The position numbers and the translations under genes were made by a program. This document shows, piece after piece, positions 35,666-46,299 of a DNA stretch of 64,000 bases; position 1 is the first letter of the stretch; each line of letters opens with the position of its first letter. A model generated the notes under the pieces. That model searched no databases. It saw only the letters and a program-made list of their open reading frames with translations, and was not told the origin of the DNA. The stretch comes from Fistulifera solaris (taxonomy: Eukaryota): contig AP026128.1 of the NCBI GenBank assembly GCA_030295235.1, forward strand, positions 124,001 through 188,000. The letters run 5' to 3'.

Positions 35666-37571
35666 ATGCCGTGGCTCATTCTTTTCCTGTATTCTTTCAC
35701 AATAATCCTTCCGTCCGTTCATTCCTTTTCTCTACCTTCAATTCCCACCAGCATGTCGACTCCCTATTTGATTTCGGAAGAAAGATGGCATCAATATGTC
35801 GGCGTCGTATCCGATGTCATGACCCGTCCTCGTGTGACACAAAAACTCGATGCATCGTCGCTCCAGACGGTTCAAAACTATTTACTATCGAATCGATCGT
35901 TTTCTTTCCAGCCCGCCAAAACACAAGAACAATTGCAACAACAAAGAAAGCTGTTTCTCAAAGCTCACGACTCCTGGACGATGCCGCAATACGACTATTT
36001 GACGCGCTGTTTGGGCTATGTCGCCGATGTCAGTGCTAAGACTCAATGTGAAGGTGCCGCCCAAGTGGCGTGGTACAAAATACAAGAATGTGGCATGTTG
36101 CCCCGGGAAAGTACTCTCAGTACCTTTCTCTATGTGTTGCGCCATCACGAAGAGGAAAGTGAACAAGTTGCGACCTTTAACGATGCCTTCTACAAGCCGA
36201 CCGAAAAGACCGTGACTTTGCGGATTCAATCCTTAGTGGCGAAACAAGATCCCGCAGCGGCCGAACAATTGTTGCAATTGTTGTCGTGTCAAAAGTTACG
36301 AACGTTTTGGCCCATTTTGCAGTATTATTGTCTCGACAAGTTGGCGGACGCCTTGCGATTGTTTCGTCACATGCGCAAGGCACCCGGCGTGATATTGGAT
36401 GCCGATGTGTACGGTCTGTTGTTGAATGCCTTGGCACGGCATGGAGTGTTTACTACTACTTCCAACAGCCTGGAAGGCATTCAAAAATATGGATATTCGC
36501 AAGATCGACGAGAGTTGTGGAATCAATTGGTGACCGAAATGGCCGAGGATTTATTGGAATTGACACCGGAAGTAGCCCAACAGATTGCGGAAGGTTTCTT
36601 ATTGGATGCCGCCCGTAGTGCAGAAGCCATGGAACATGTCATTCAAACCGATCCACTCGTGGTAGGCCGTGTCCAAATCGATGCCACCACGGGAAAATGT
36701 CCGGCCACGGGTGTTACGTTACGATTGATGGCCTTGACACCACCCCAACGGCAACAGGTCCATGATACGTTATTGGAAATGGCCGGCACACAACATGAAG
36801 AATACGGCGCCAAGTTACAAGCGCGCGGCAAAGCCATGGAGGAGAAACGCAATGGACAATTTGCACAAGAACAGTTGCGTCAATTCTCCGATTGGTTGAA
36901 ACAGCGTGAAACATCGTACACGGCCATTGTCGATGGACCCAATGTGGCGTATTTCGGACACGGGAATGTGCATTACAGTCAAGTATGGGAGGTTGTGCAG
37001 GAATTACAACGATTGGGGGAACGTCCGTTGGTGGTCATGCCCCAAAAGTATTTGTCGCGCAGTTTTTGGTTGTCGGGGTTGGGCAAAGTACAAGAATTGA
37101 GTGATCAGGATCAAGCCATCATTGACAAGCTAAAAGATTGCATGTACGTAGTACAATCGACCTGTCTGGATGATTATTACTGGATGATAGCGAGCGTGGC
37201 AGATCAAGGCAGCACCGACTTTGCTACATTACAAAAAAGACCAAACGTTCCAATTGACAGGATTGCGCCCTTTATTGATTACGAATGATCAGATGCGTGA
37301 TCATCGATTAGCTTTATTGGAACCCCGACTATTTCGTCGGTGGACAAGTTGTCACATTGTCAACTACATGCTGCGAACTTGCGAGGAAAAAGATGGCGAC
37401 GGAAAAGCCGTGAATGGCGAAGAGTGCAGTTATGAAACCAAGTTCTTCCCCGCGCAACTATTTAGCGGGGAAATTCAAGGAAATGGCTTACAAGGGACCG
37501 ATACAATAGTGTGGCACTTCCCTGTCAGTGGATGGTCCGAGTCGGAACGCTTTTGTGTTTGTCTGCGATAG
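35666..37571 (+). CDS. PRORP: Protein-only RNase P (PRORP), PPR + NYN domain, predicted plastid bipartite leader; frameshift near 37235
   Basis: PPR-like helices (KLRTFWPIL...ADALRLFRHM). NYN motifs IVDGPNV, LDDYYW, TNDQMRDH, then WHFP and FCV. Leader MPWLILFLYSFTIILPSVHS|FSLPS. Confidence 0.88.
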
Positions 37572-37662
37572 TAATACTGATGTTGGCGCATTAAAATGAG
37601 TGGCTTGAATCATCATGCGCTCTGCGTCCTTACTTCGCTACCTCGGCTGGCGATAGTTAAAG

Positions 37663-39985
37663 TTACTGTTCTCGGTGAGGAAGGACGACACAGAACCACT
37701 CATCCGTAGTATCTTGCAACGGGAAATGCCAAGCAATGCGACCATCTTTCAATGGATTACTTTGTATTTCCCGTGAATACGCATCGGCTGCCAAGAAGTG
37801 GATGTCGGATCTGGCGCGACTGGCTCCGCTCACGTAAGCCAGGAAACTGTAGTTTACCATGTAATTACTAAACCACCGACGGAACAATTGTGGCTCCATC
37901 ATACTCAATTTATGATCTCTCATGCGGTCATTAGAGATCAAAAGAGGTCTTGCTCCTGGCCAGCGCCCCTCTGCATTGTCGGGTGGTACCCACAGTTCGT
38001 CCCCACTAGTAGTTGCCTCCGAGTCAGAGGAAGAGATGAGTCCAGCAATGGCCTTAGTTTGATCCGTGACACTAGCCGTAATCCAGTAGAAATCATCTAA
38101 CGATCCTGGTTGGACCACATAGACTTGTTTCTCCGCCACCAAAAGATCACGAATCGCCTTTTTCTTCTTCCGTTAATACTTGCCGCTGTGCCCGTCTCTG
38201 ATCAAATCCTCCAGCACCCACGCTGATGTTAAATACGTCACGCATATACTTTTGTGGCAAAACAACCAGAGCGTGTTCGCCTCGGCGTTGTAAGTCATCC
38301 ACCATCCACTGGATTTGATGAAAGCTGAATCGTCCGTGTTGAAAATTTTGCATATAATAGCCAACGTTAGCGCCATCCACAATAATTGTGAAGGGCGGTC
38401 CCGAACGTTCTTGAAGAAATGTCATGAAGTCTAACAAGGGCGAATTGTCAACTTTGCTGCTTTTCGAGTTTTTCTCCGAAACTGACTCGTTTGGAGTGTA
38501 TTGCCGTTGATTGTCTTGTGCCAGATCTAGCATACGCATTCTCAATGCTTTCCGTTGGTCCGATGTCAAACGCAGCAATCTCAACTGTACTTGTGTGACG
38601 GGACATCTCCCTGTCGTATTATCAATTTGAACACGTTCGGCGATTATAGTGTGCGGAGTCAATGCTGGGGAAGATTCGGCCGTCATCAAAGGCAAGGGTT
38701 GCAACGCACTCGTTCGGGTCAAATCATTGGGATAATACTCCGCAAAGGCATTCCGCAACCGAATGGCCGCGTTGAGGGGCAATTCCATGCCATTCGGATC
38801 ATCGGCCATGTCCTGAACAATGGAATGAAACAATTCAGCATGTTTGGCAAAGTATCCCTGGGACGCCAACGTTGACAAGACCAACCAGTACGTTTCAACT
38901 TGAAAATGCACCAACGGCAACGTGTGTCGCATTTGTCGATACAAACGAATGGCCTCCGTAAATTTATTTTGTTCCAAATAGAGTTTCAAAATGGGAGTAT
39001 ACACACGCAATCGCACTTGTTCACTCCCATTCACTTGTTGCAAATACCGTTCGGCGGCTTCCGCATCGCCGCGATCGACCCACCCTTGCACCCGCGCTTG
39101 GATGCTTTGCGGCACCGGGGCATACAAGGAATCATGATATTCTGCAATTTCGTTCATGATATCGTGGGTATCGTCTTCTTCTTGAAAGGCGTGAAACAGC
39201 AACGACAAGGTCGGATCATTCGATTGTCGGGGTTGCAACGAACTGAGATACAACAAATTGTGCAAGAGTTGATCATTGGTGAAACCGGCTTCTTGGACTT
39301 TGGGCCACAACACTTGAACGGCCCATCCCCATCCCTTCCGCGCACATTGGCACGATATTTGGAACACAATATTTTGGGCGGTTTCAAGTTGGGCGGGAGA
39401 TGTGCTTGTTTTCAATAGAAAGCTTTGTTGTTGTATTTGCGGCTGGGAAGTATCCACGTCCACCAACGGAGTCTCACGCCACAACCAGTCTCGCAAAGTC
39501 TCGTGTAAGGGTTCTCGTTTCTTTTCCGACTCTGTGGTTGATGATGTCGTTCGAGGACTTCTTTTAATACAGTTTCGTATTGTTCCCACGCCTTGAGAGG
39601 GTAGGCATCTTCGGGACGTGGCGGTGGTGGTTTCGGTGTCGAAAACAATTCAAATATCGTCGAATTGGCCATACTCACGACACTGGGTGAACGATGAGTT
39701 GTTGTTGTTTCGTTGTGTGGACGTTCTTTCATCATGCGTTCGACATCTTCCAAAAATCGAGCGAGTCGTAGTGTTTGGTATAGCATTACTTTTAGACGTA
39801 TCAGAAGAAGCATTCAAAAATTGGGCTATTTCGGAAGATTTGCGACGGCTGTCCGATTGTCTTGCCGATGGACTCTTTAGCTGTGTTGACGTCTTTTTCT
39901 TCTTGGGACGACCCACCGCCTTTTTGGTGGTAGAAAAGAAACAGGTTGGCTGTTTTCGTATCACTCGCTGCCAAGTCGGTAACAT
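37663..39985 (-). CDS. PRORP: Second protein-only RNase P (PRORP), basic N-terminal leader; several frameshifts
   Basis: RLRVYTPIL...EAIRLYRQM PPR. IVDGANVGYY.QNF..GRF, LDDFYW, SNDRMRDH, WHFP, FCV. Built from ORFs 39650..39985, 39412..39813, 38147..39589 and 37663..38142. Start uncertain. Confidence 0.85.
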
Positions 39986-40373
39986 CCTTTTGATACCGAT
40001 TCGTAGAGGATATGGATAATGCTAGAAGAGAATAAGACGGAAGTTAGTCGGAAGAAGAATAAGAAGGAGTATGAAGCAAGATGATGATGAGGGGATAAAT
40101 GAGCGCATTTTGTTTTTTGTGGCTTTCGTGAGTCGCGGGTCGAGGTCGAGTCGTGAATGAACTTTCGCGCGAAAGGCGCGCATAATTACGTCCGTCCGTC
40201 TTGCGACAAAACTAAAACCCAAAGCGGACCGCAAAAGTCTCGTCGTCGCGATCGAGATGCAGCGCAAACAAAAGAAGTCGTCGATCATTCGTATGGATCA
40301 TTATTTACAATTCATTTCTTTCTGAAATCATCACTTTCCTTCATTTTCCCTTCGTTCAATTGACAATTCACAA

Positions 40374-40781
40374 ATGACAACGCCACCACCCCCCGAAGTC
40401 GTGCAGAAATTCCGACAATTGTTGCAACAATCACAGTCGCTGCTGCAAAAAATTGCCGAACTCGAAATGGATCGGAATGAACACAAATTAGTCGAAGACT
40501 CGTTACAGCCGCTCGATCCACAACGCAAAGCGTACCGCTTGGTGGGAGAAATGCTCGTGGAACGGACCGTACAAGAAGTCTTGCCATCGATACGGACCAA
40601 TCGAACGCACGTACGTCAAATACGAGAGTATTTCTCTCTCTTTTTCTGTTACGTCGTCTCACACGTATTACTTGTTTACAATTAGTTGGATGCTACGATT
40701 GAAACCTTGCGAGAACGATTGGAAACGATGCAGAAAGAAGCGGAACAAATTCGACAGCAATACAATTTGCAAGTGCAGTGA
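40374..40781 (+). CDS. PFDN2: Prefoldin subunit 2; intron 40611..40685
   Basis: KIAELEMDRNEHKLV...LDPQRKAYRLVGEMLVERTVQEVLP. A phase-0 GTACGT...TTAG intron gives a 110-aa product ending YNLQVQ. Confidence 0.92.
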
Positions 40782-41160
40782 GAGAGGAAAAAAAGAATAT
40801 TGGTGAAGAATAGCATAACAACGTTCCAGTCTGAATCAGTTTCTAGTGGCTTATATTGCGAGAGTAAGAAAATACAACGTGGATAGGACTCAAAATATAA
40901 AAGTAAAGCTATTGAAAAGGTTTCGTTTCTTTCAAAAGATACATTTTGTTGATTGTTTGTCTGCTTAAATTTCCCATTTCCTTTATTGTAACTAAAGTAC
41001 GGTGATCTATCAATGCTGTAGAGTACAAGGAGATTTAACCTTCCAAAAGCTGGATTTGAAAAGTAGAAGGCGAAGACATTAGACATGAAAATACAGACTC
41101 TAGACAATTTTTCTGTTTTCTTTTGAAACTATTTTTCACCGACATTCACAAGTCGCTTGC

Positions 41161-41961
41161 TTAACCCTCCAAGTCTCTGCAGTCGTAGCACAATGTTGTC
41201 AGAGGCTGTCCAAGTTCGTCATTATTAATAACTGGACCCAATTCGTCGTTGACGGGACAGGAAGTTCCGGTGAACATGGCAGTCAAATCAGCTGCTGTCA
41301 AGTTCACGCGGATCTTGTCGGTCCATGGGCACAGGTTCTGAGCAAACACTTTAGCATCGTCAAAAGCGAAACGGAAGTCCTTGACCTTGGTGACGGTCCA
41401 CGCCGAAATGTCGCTGTTGAAACTCACTGCATCGTAGAACATGTAACTAATGTCTTCCGCACAACGCATGTCCCACTCGGAAAGATCACCAGCAAAGGAA
41501 GCAGCACCACTGAACATGCGCTCAAAGTCCTGCACGTTGAAGACATCCCAGTTGGATACGTCTCCGTTGAACGCTTTGGCATCTTCAAACATGCCCTCCA
41601 TGTTGAGCACACGGCCGGTTTGGAACTTGGAAACATCTCCGTTGAACTTTTCGGCACCGGCAAACATGTATCGCATGTCTCGAGCGCAGGTGGTGACCCA
41701 GCCGGTCAAGTCTTCATTGAAGTTGATGTTGGCAGGGTTGCGCTTCACGTCGAAAAGGTAGGAGAAGTCGGCGATGTCACGGACGCACCAGCTGCCAATG
41801 GGCCAGCCGTATGTTTGCGCGACGGTGGTGCCTCGAGTGGAGTTGGTCAAGTACGCGTCTACAGCGTCTCGGAGCTCGGGGGTGGTCTCGAAGCACTTTT
41901 GCTGTGCCGACACGGCACCAATGAAAAGAAGAAGCGTCGTTCGCAGAGATAGAGAATTCAT
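41161..41961 (-). CDS. Secreted DUF285 (BspA-like repeat) surface protein
   Basis: Signal peptide, ELRDAVDAY...YGWPIGSWCV, and five ~25-aa repeats of M..MF..A..FN.D.S.W.V. Confidence 0.88.
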   Translation of the reverse strand: MNSLSLRTTLLLFIGAVSAQQKCFETTPELRDAVDAYLTNSTRGTTVAQTYGWPIGSWCVRDIADFSYLFDVKRNPANINFNEDLTGWVTTCARDMRYMFAGAEKFNGDVSKFQTGRVLNMEGMFEDAKAFNGDVSNWDVFNVQDFERMFSGAASFAGDLSEWDMRCAEDISYMFYDAVSFNSDISAWTVTKVKDFRFAFDDAKVFAQNLCPWTDKIRVNLTAADLTAMFTGTSCPVNDELGPVINNDELGQPLTTLCYDCRDLEG

Positions 41962-43083
41962 GGCGATGGGTTTACTTGGTTTCGCTTCGTTGGAAAAGAA
42001 CTTGTGGTAGTGCTTACTTCGCTTCTTGTGCACCGACTCGGCAATTGAATTTGAAATATGAATCAGTCGAGGCAAAATGTGAGAGTGAACTTGTTTGAAG
42101 CAAATTTGTGCTTTGTAACATGCGGTGCGCGTTTTGAATCGGGTTCAACGGATGAAAAATGAAAGTTTGATTCCTGGTCAAAAACAAGTTCATTGAGTCT
42201 TGTTGTTGGTACACTTGGAAAGATACCGAATATTTACTATAATTTGTTATGTATTGAAATTATTCTTGATGTCCAATTTTGGCAAGAGCATAGGATCAGT
42301 ATAGAAATCTGTGTACCATTAACTGTCTTTTGTGAGTCGCGTTAAAAAAATATTGTGCACAGGCGCACTACACGCGCACAAAATTCGGAACTACTTGGAA
42401 ACTTGTCAGCTAACGAATCATGAGTCGTGCGTGGTTAAGTCGTGAGTCGTGCGTTTTAGCTCGCAGTGCTCAGCCTGAGCCTTCGCCTGCCTACTCGTTT
42501 CCGATTCTTTCCATACTATTATCTATAAAAACCAGGAGGTTTTTGATTGACTGCCATTCATGATGATTCATCAGAAAAACCGGTTATGTTTATTTGTGGT
42601 TGGACCAAGCTAGCCACGCGGGCCCTCTAGCTAGGTACTCGATTACAATAACATAAGGAGAGATTTTAAAGCGATAATCCAAAGAAAGGTCTTCATTATC
42701 GTTTGAATATGCGGGATTTGGGGAGCATTCAGATATACTTACTCGTTAAAGCACCAAACTAGTGATATATTGGCTCGCTCTAGCTCATGTCTCATGTTTA
42801 CGATTCAAATAGGCTTTAGTGGTCGTACGCCTGGTCACGTCGTTCCTCTTCCCTCTGCACTGGGCCCTTCTGAACAGCGAATATCAGGAGTGAATAGTAA
42901 CGTTCACACAAAGAAATAGCTGGGAGATGCGACACTACCGTCCACCCAAGGTAAGTTACAACAACTCAATCGAGTCGATTGTGCCGCCTGGCAGCAAGCC
43001 TCAGCCAAATTCAGTGCATGCCACTCATCCACAGGATCAATAAGATCAAACAAAAGTAATTCATTATAATGTATACACTCTTT

Positions 43084-45798
43084 TTATGCATAGTACTCCC
43101 AAGCGTAGGCAAAAGGTTCCTTGTAAAATCGATCCGGTGTCATGTGCCACTCGACATCTCCGTCCTCAAAAACTATCATAACTCCACCACTGGGCCAAAC
43201 GCGTTCAATCACTCCTGGATAACAATCACGGAACTCGTCTGAGTAACATCCCAGCACTCGGTCGCCCTGTGTGACTGGCTCTTGTGGGCGCAAGCGAGAC
43301 GGCTGTACCTCGTAGTCGACGGTACCGTCATTGTAAGCTATCGTGAAATGACCATGAGGCTGCTCTTGCAACACAGTTCCTGGATACCAGGAAGTGTTAT
43401 CGTGTATGCACCACACCAAATCACCCACTTTGAATGTTTCGTCGTGAACTGACTGTGGTGGCATTGAAGATCGCTTGCGCGACGTGCGGCGATCGTTGAT
43501 CGGTCGCAAGAACGACTTGACTCGCAACAAGCTCGGCAATGTTAAGTGAGTTGTATTTGATCGCGTCTTTACGTATACTGAGGTTGGCTCAAACAACGTA
43601 TCCTCCCATTGTCGTAAACTTTCTTGAGATTCAGTGCACATACGCGAGTTTCCACGACATTGGAACCCAAAACGAAGGTCCGCCATCAAGCAGCGAATGC
43701 TTCTCTGAAGCTCACGGAGAATACCATACGCTCGCTCTTGGAGTTCGTGACGTATTCTTTTTCTCTTTTGTGACTCGCTCATGATTCTCCAATCACCAGT
43801 GCGATAATCTTGCAACAAGAAACGGCCTTTTTCAAGATCCTTTAGCTGCGACTCTTCAAAAAGTGACCACAAGGCAGAGTTGTGATTGCTTTTGTAAAAC
43901 CCCGCATTCTGTTTCGTCCATTGTATGAGTCGCATATTACCTGGATGGAAGTCTAACCACTGATCATAAGATCCCAAAAAGGGTGCATCGTATCTCGTGC
44001 CTATCAGAACATCCGTACGTTGCGGAAGCGTGGTGGGCATTCTCACAGAAAGCTCTTTTTCTGACTGGTGTTGCAATGTTACAGCCGGAAAGGGTCGCAT
44101 CAAGTATCGTCCACTGGTAACATCATGACCCCATTGGGACTGAAGAATTCGCATATAGACGCCCGTGGCTATCAAAACAAGTATGGCATGCGTTTGGGTC
44201 CACCGGAAGATTGTCGTCGGTACTAAGCGAGGCTGCCAGCGAACCAGAGCGACGAGAAACAAGCATGCCAAGTAGATACCATGAGTCCACAAGTTTACTC
44301 GTGTCAGGAAGTCTCGAGTCTTTTCGAGCGTTTCTCGCAGGAAAAATTGCCATCGCTGCTTTTGCGATGCTCGGCGAGATAGTAAACGCCCTTGCAAAAA
44401 CTTTGGGAACCCAAGATCTTTCAATTTCGGCAAGAACCGCAAAGGTAGATCTTCATCTTCCAACTGCCCATTCGAAAATCGCATGTAAACTGCGGTCACC
44501 AAATCGTAGCCCCAATGCCGCGTCCGCGGTTTCCACAACGACAAGGCACGCAGCACGGAAAAAGGCCACCGCATAGACGAAGCATCTTGCAAATCCCGCA
44601 GCGTGTGTCCCCACATGTTCCATTTCTGATGAAAGTACGTACCCCGCGACAACTGACGTGCGTCGTTCGCATGCACTCGTGGTCTCGCCAAAAACGAAAC
44701 AATAAAGACGACACGGTGTGGGGCTTCCGGATCCGTGTGTGCTGAACCACGATGCCAGACATGTTGATTGATCAATGCCCCGTGACCGGCGGGAAAGTAC
44801 TGACCTTGCGGTCCCGCCAAATGCAATCCCAATTTGTTTGCTTCACACACGGCGTCCAAGTCATTGGCGCAGTAATGCGTTCCCGGACAGAGATCGGTAG
44901 CACCCATACGTTCGGTGACATTCTGGAGCGGTAAAAACAAGGAGTAGGAATGCGAGTAAGTTCGTGCGAATTTCAAAGCATTCCCATCACTCTTCGTGTC
45001 GGGATGCCATACTTGACTGACGGCACCAGCCCACGAAGTGATGGCGGTAATTTCTGCAACCGCTGGATCGACATCACCCAGCAATTCTTGTAACAAAGGT
45101 CGTAATAGGGGATGTTCGGCGACTTCTTTGAGTGCTTGTGTCACGGCGGGGTGTTCGGTGGCATCAATGCCGTAACTGACTCTCGACTCTCCCTGGGAAA
45201 CCGGATAGGCTTCTCGATCGGTTACCCCCGCATTCCGATGCATAATGTAAGCACGCAACTCTTCCACGGTATCTTTGGTCAATACCTGCGGAATGACTGC
45301 CGCGCCGTGCTGCAACATGTGAGAAACGCCGCCACGTTCGGGAAGCAACAAGTCACTCGCCGTGTGCGTCGAAATATCGTACTGATTGCAGTGTCTTTCG
45401 TAGTAGGTGTATTCGTGCAATAAATCTGTATCTGTGCGTTGTGCTCGATCAAACAAAGGTTCGTAAAATTGATGATACAAGGTGAGGCATCCGGAACACA
45501 GCAACCACGATGTCATGATCACAATTAGAGGAAGATCGATGAGGCATTTGACCCATCGTGATGAGGAAAAAGTTTGCCTTTTACCGGAGGCTGTTTCACT
45601 TCCTCTGTGACAGTCTGAGAATCGCTGCTTTCGTCTTCGCTGGATTCCGCCGCAAGGAAATCGCGGATTTGCTCTTGACGAGTTCGTAACAGCAGCAAAT
45701 CGCGTTCTACGCCATGTTCGTCGTCGGTTGATGCTTCCTCCTGATAGTCCCGTAAAGCCTCCTCTTCGCTTTTTCTTCTCTTCTTGGTTTGCTTGCAT
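43084..45798 (-). CDS. PhyH-like 2OG-Fe(II) dioxygenase with TM segments, DUF6824-like domain and tandem Tudor-like domains
   Basis: Q.WHPD...FLPLQNVT..MGATDLCPGTH...HRGSAH (HxD...H). DVLIG...HPGN...GRFL......W (DUF6824-like). FKVGDLV.....WYPGTV...F.IAYNDG and GDRV.....CYPGVI....V.FEDGD (Tudor-like). The N-terminus probably has compensating frameshifts. Confidence 0.75.
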   Translation of the reverse strand: MQANQEEKKKRRGGFTGLSGGSINRRRTWRRTRFAAVTNSSRANPRFPCGGIQRRRKQRFSDCHRGSETASGKRQTFSSSRWVKCLIDLPLIVIMTSWLLCSGCLTLYHQFYEPLFDRAQRTDTDLLHEYTYYERHCNQYDISTHTASDLLLPERGGVSHMLQHGAAVIPQVLTKDTVEELRAYIMHRNAGVTDREAYPVSQGESRVSYGIDATEHPAVTQALKEVAEHPLLRPLLQELLGDVDPAVAEITAITSWAGAVSQVWHPDTKSDGNALKFARTYSHSYSLFLPLQNVTERMGATDLCPGTHYCANDLDAVCEANKLGLHLAGPQGQYFPAGHGALINQHVWHRGSAHTDPEAPHRVVFIVSFLARPRVHANDARQLSRGTYFHQKWNMWGHTLRDLQDASSMRWPFSVLRALSLWKPRTRHWGYDLVTAVYMRFSNGQLEDEDLPLRFLPKLKDLGFPKFLQGRLLSRRASQKQRWQFFLRETLEKTRDFLTRVNLWTHGIYLACLFLVALVRWQPRLVPTTIFRWTQTHAILVLIATGVYMRILQSQWGHDVTSGRYLMRPFPAVTLQHQSEKELSVRMPTTLPQRTDVLIGTRYDAPFLGSYDQWLDFHPGNMRLIQWTKQNAGFYKSNHNSALWSLFEESQLKDLEKGRFLLQDYRTGDWRIMSESQKRKRIRHELQERAYGILRELQRSIRCLMADLRFGFQCRGNSRMCTESQESLRQWEDTLFEPTSVYVKTRSNTTHLTLPSLLRVKSFLRPINDRRTSRKRSSMPPQSVHDETFKVGDLVWCIHDNTSWYPGTVLQEQPHGHFTIAYNDGTVDYEVQPSRLRPQEPVTQGDRVLGCYSDEFRDCYPGVIERVWPSGGVMIVFEDGDVEWHMTPDRFYKEPFAYAWEYYA

Positions 45799-46299
45799 GT
45801 TGTATAACAGGCACCAGTATTTGTACCTTCGAATTGAATCGACTTTATGCTGGATTTAAACGACAAGGAAAAATGCTCGCATTAAAAAGTTGCTCTTCGC
45901 AATGCGGCCATCTTCAACGGTCGTCGGTGTTGGGATTCCACTGCGCTGTTGCATTGTTGCAGTAGGGTTCAAGGCTATTCACAATCCGTGTTGAAATGTC
46001 TGAGTGGTTTTCGACATCAGGCACACTGCCTATCAATGTAGAATACGATTTACCGGACTCTCTTAGGTGAAGTACATCTAACGCTTGAATAACTGCAGTT
46101 TAGATGCCAAAGATCTCGATCCAAAACGAGGTGCAGCTGCAGCCGCATAAGATCGTTGCGAAGATTATTGCGATGACACTTCTTCCTACTTTCTTGCACC
46201 TCTCGTCTTTCCTTATAGCCCTTCTAATCTTGGGTCTACCCTTCCAACTTACTCTCTAGCAAGCAATCCGTTCTCACAAAAGAAACGGAGCAAGAAATA

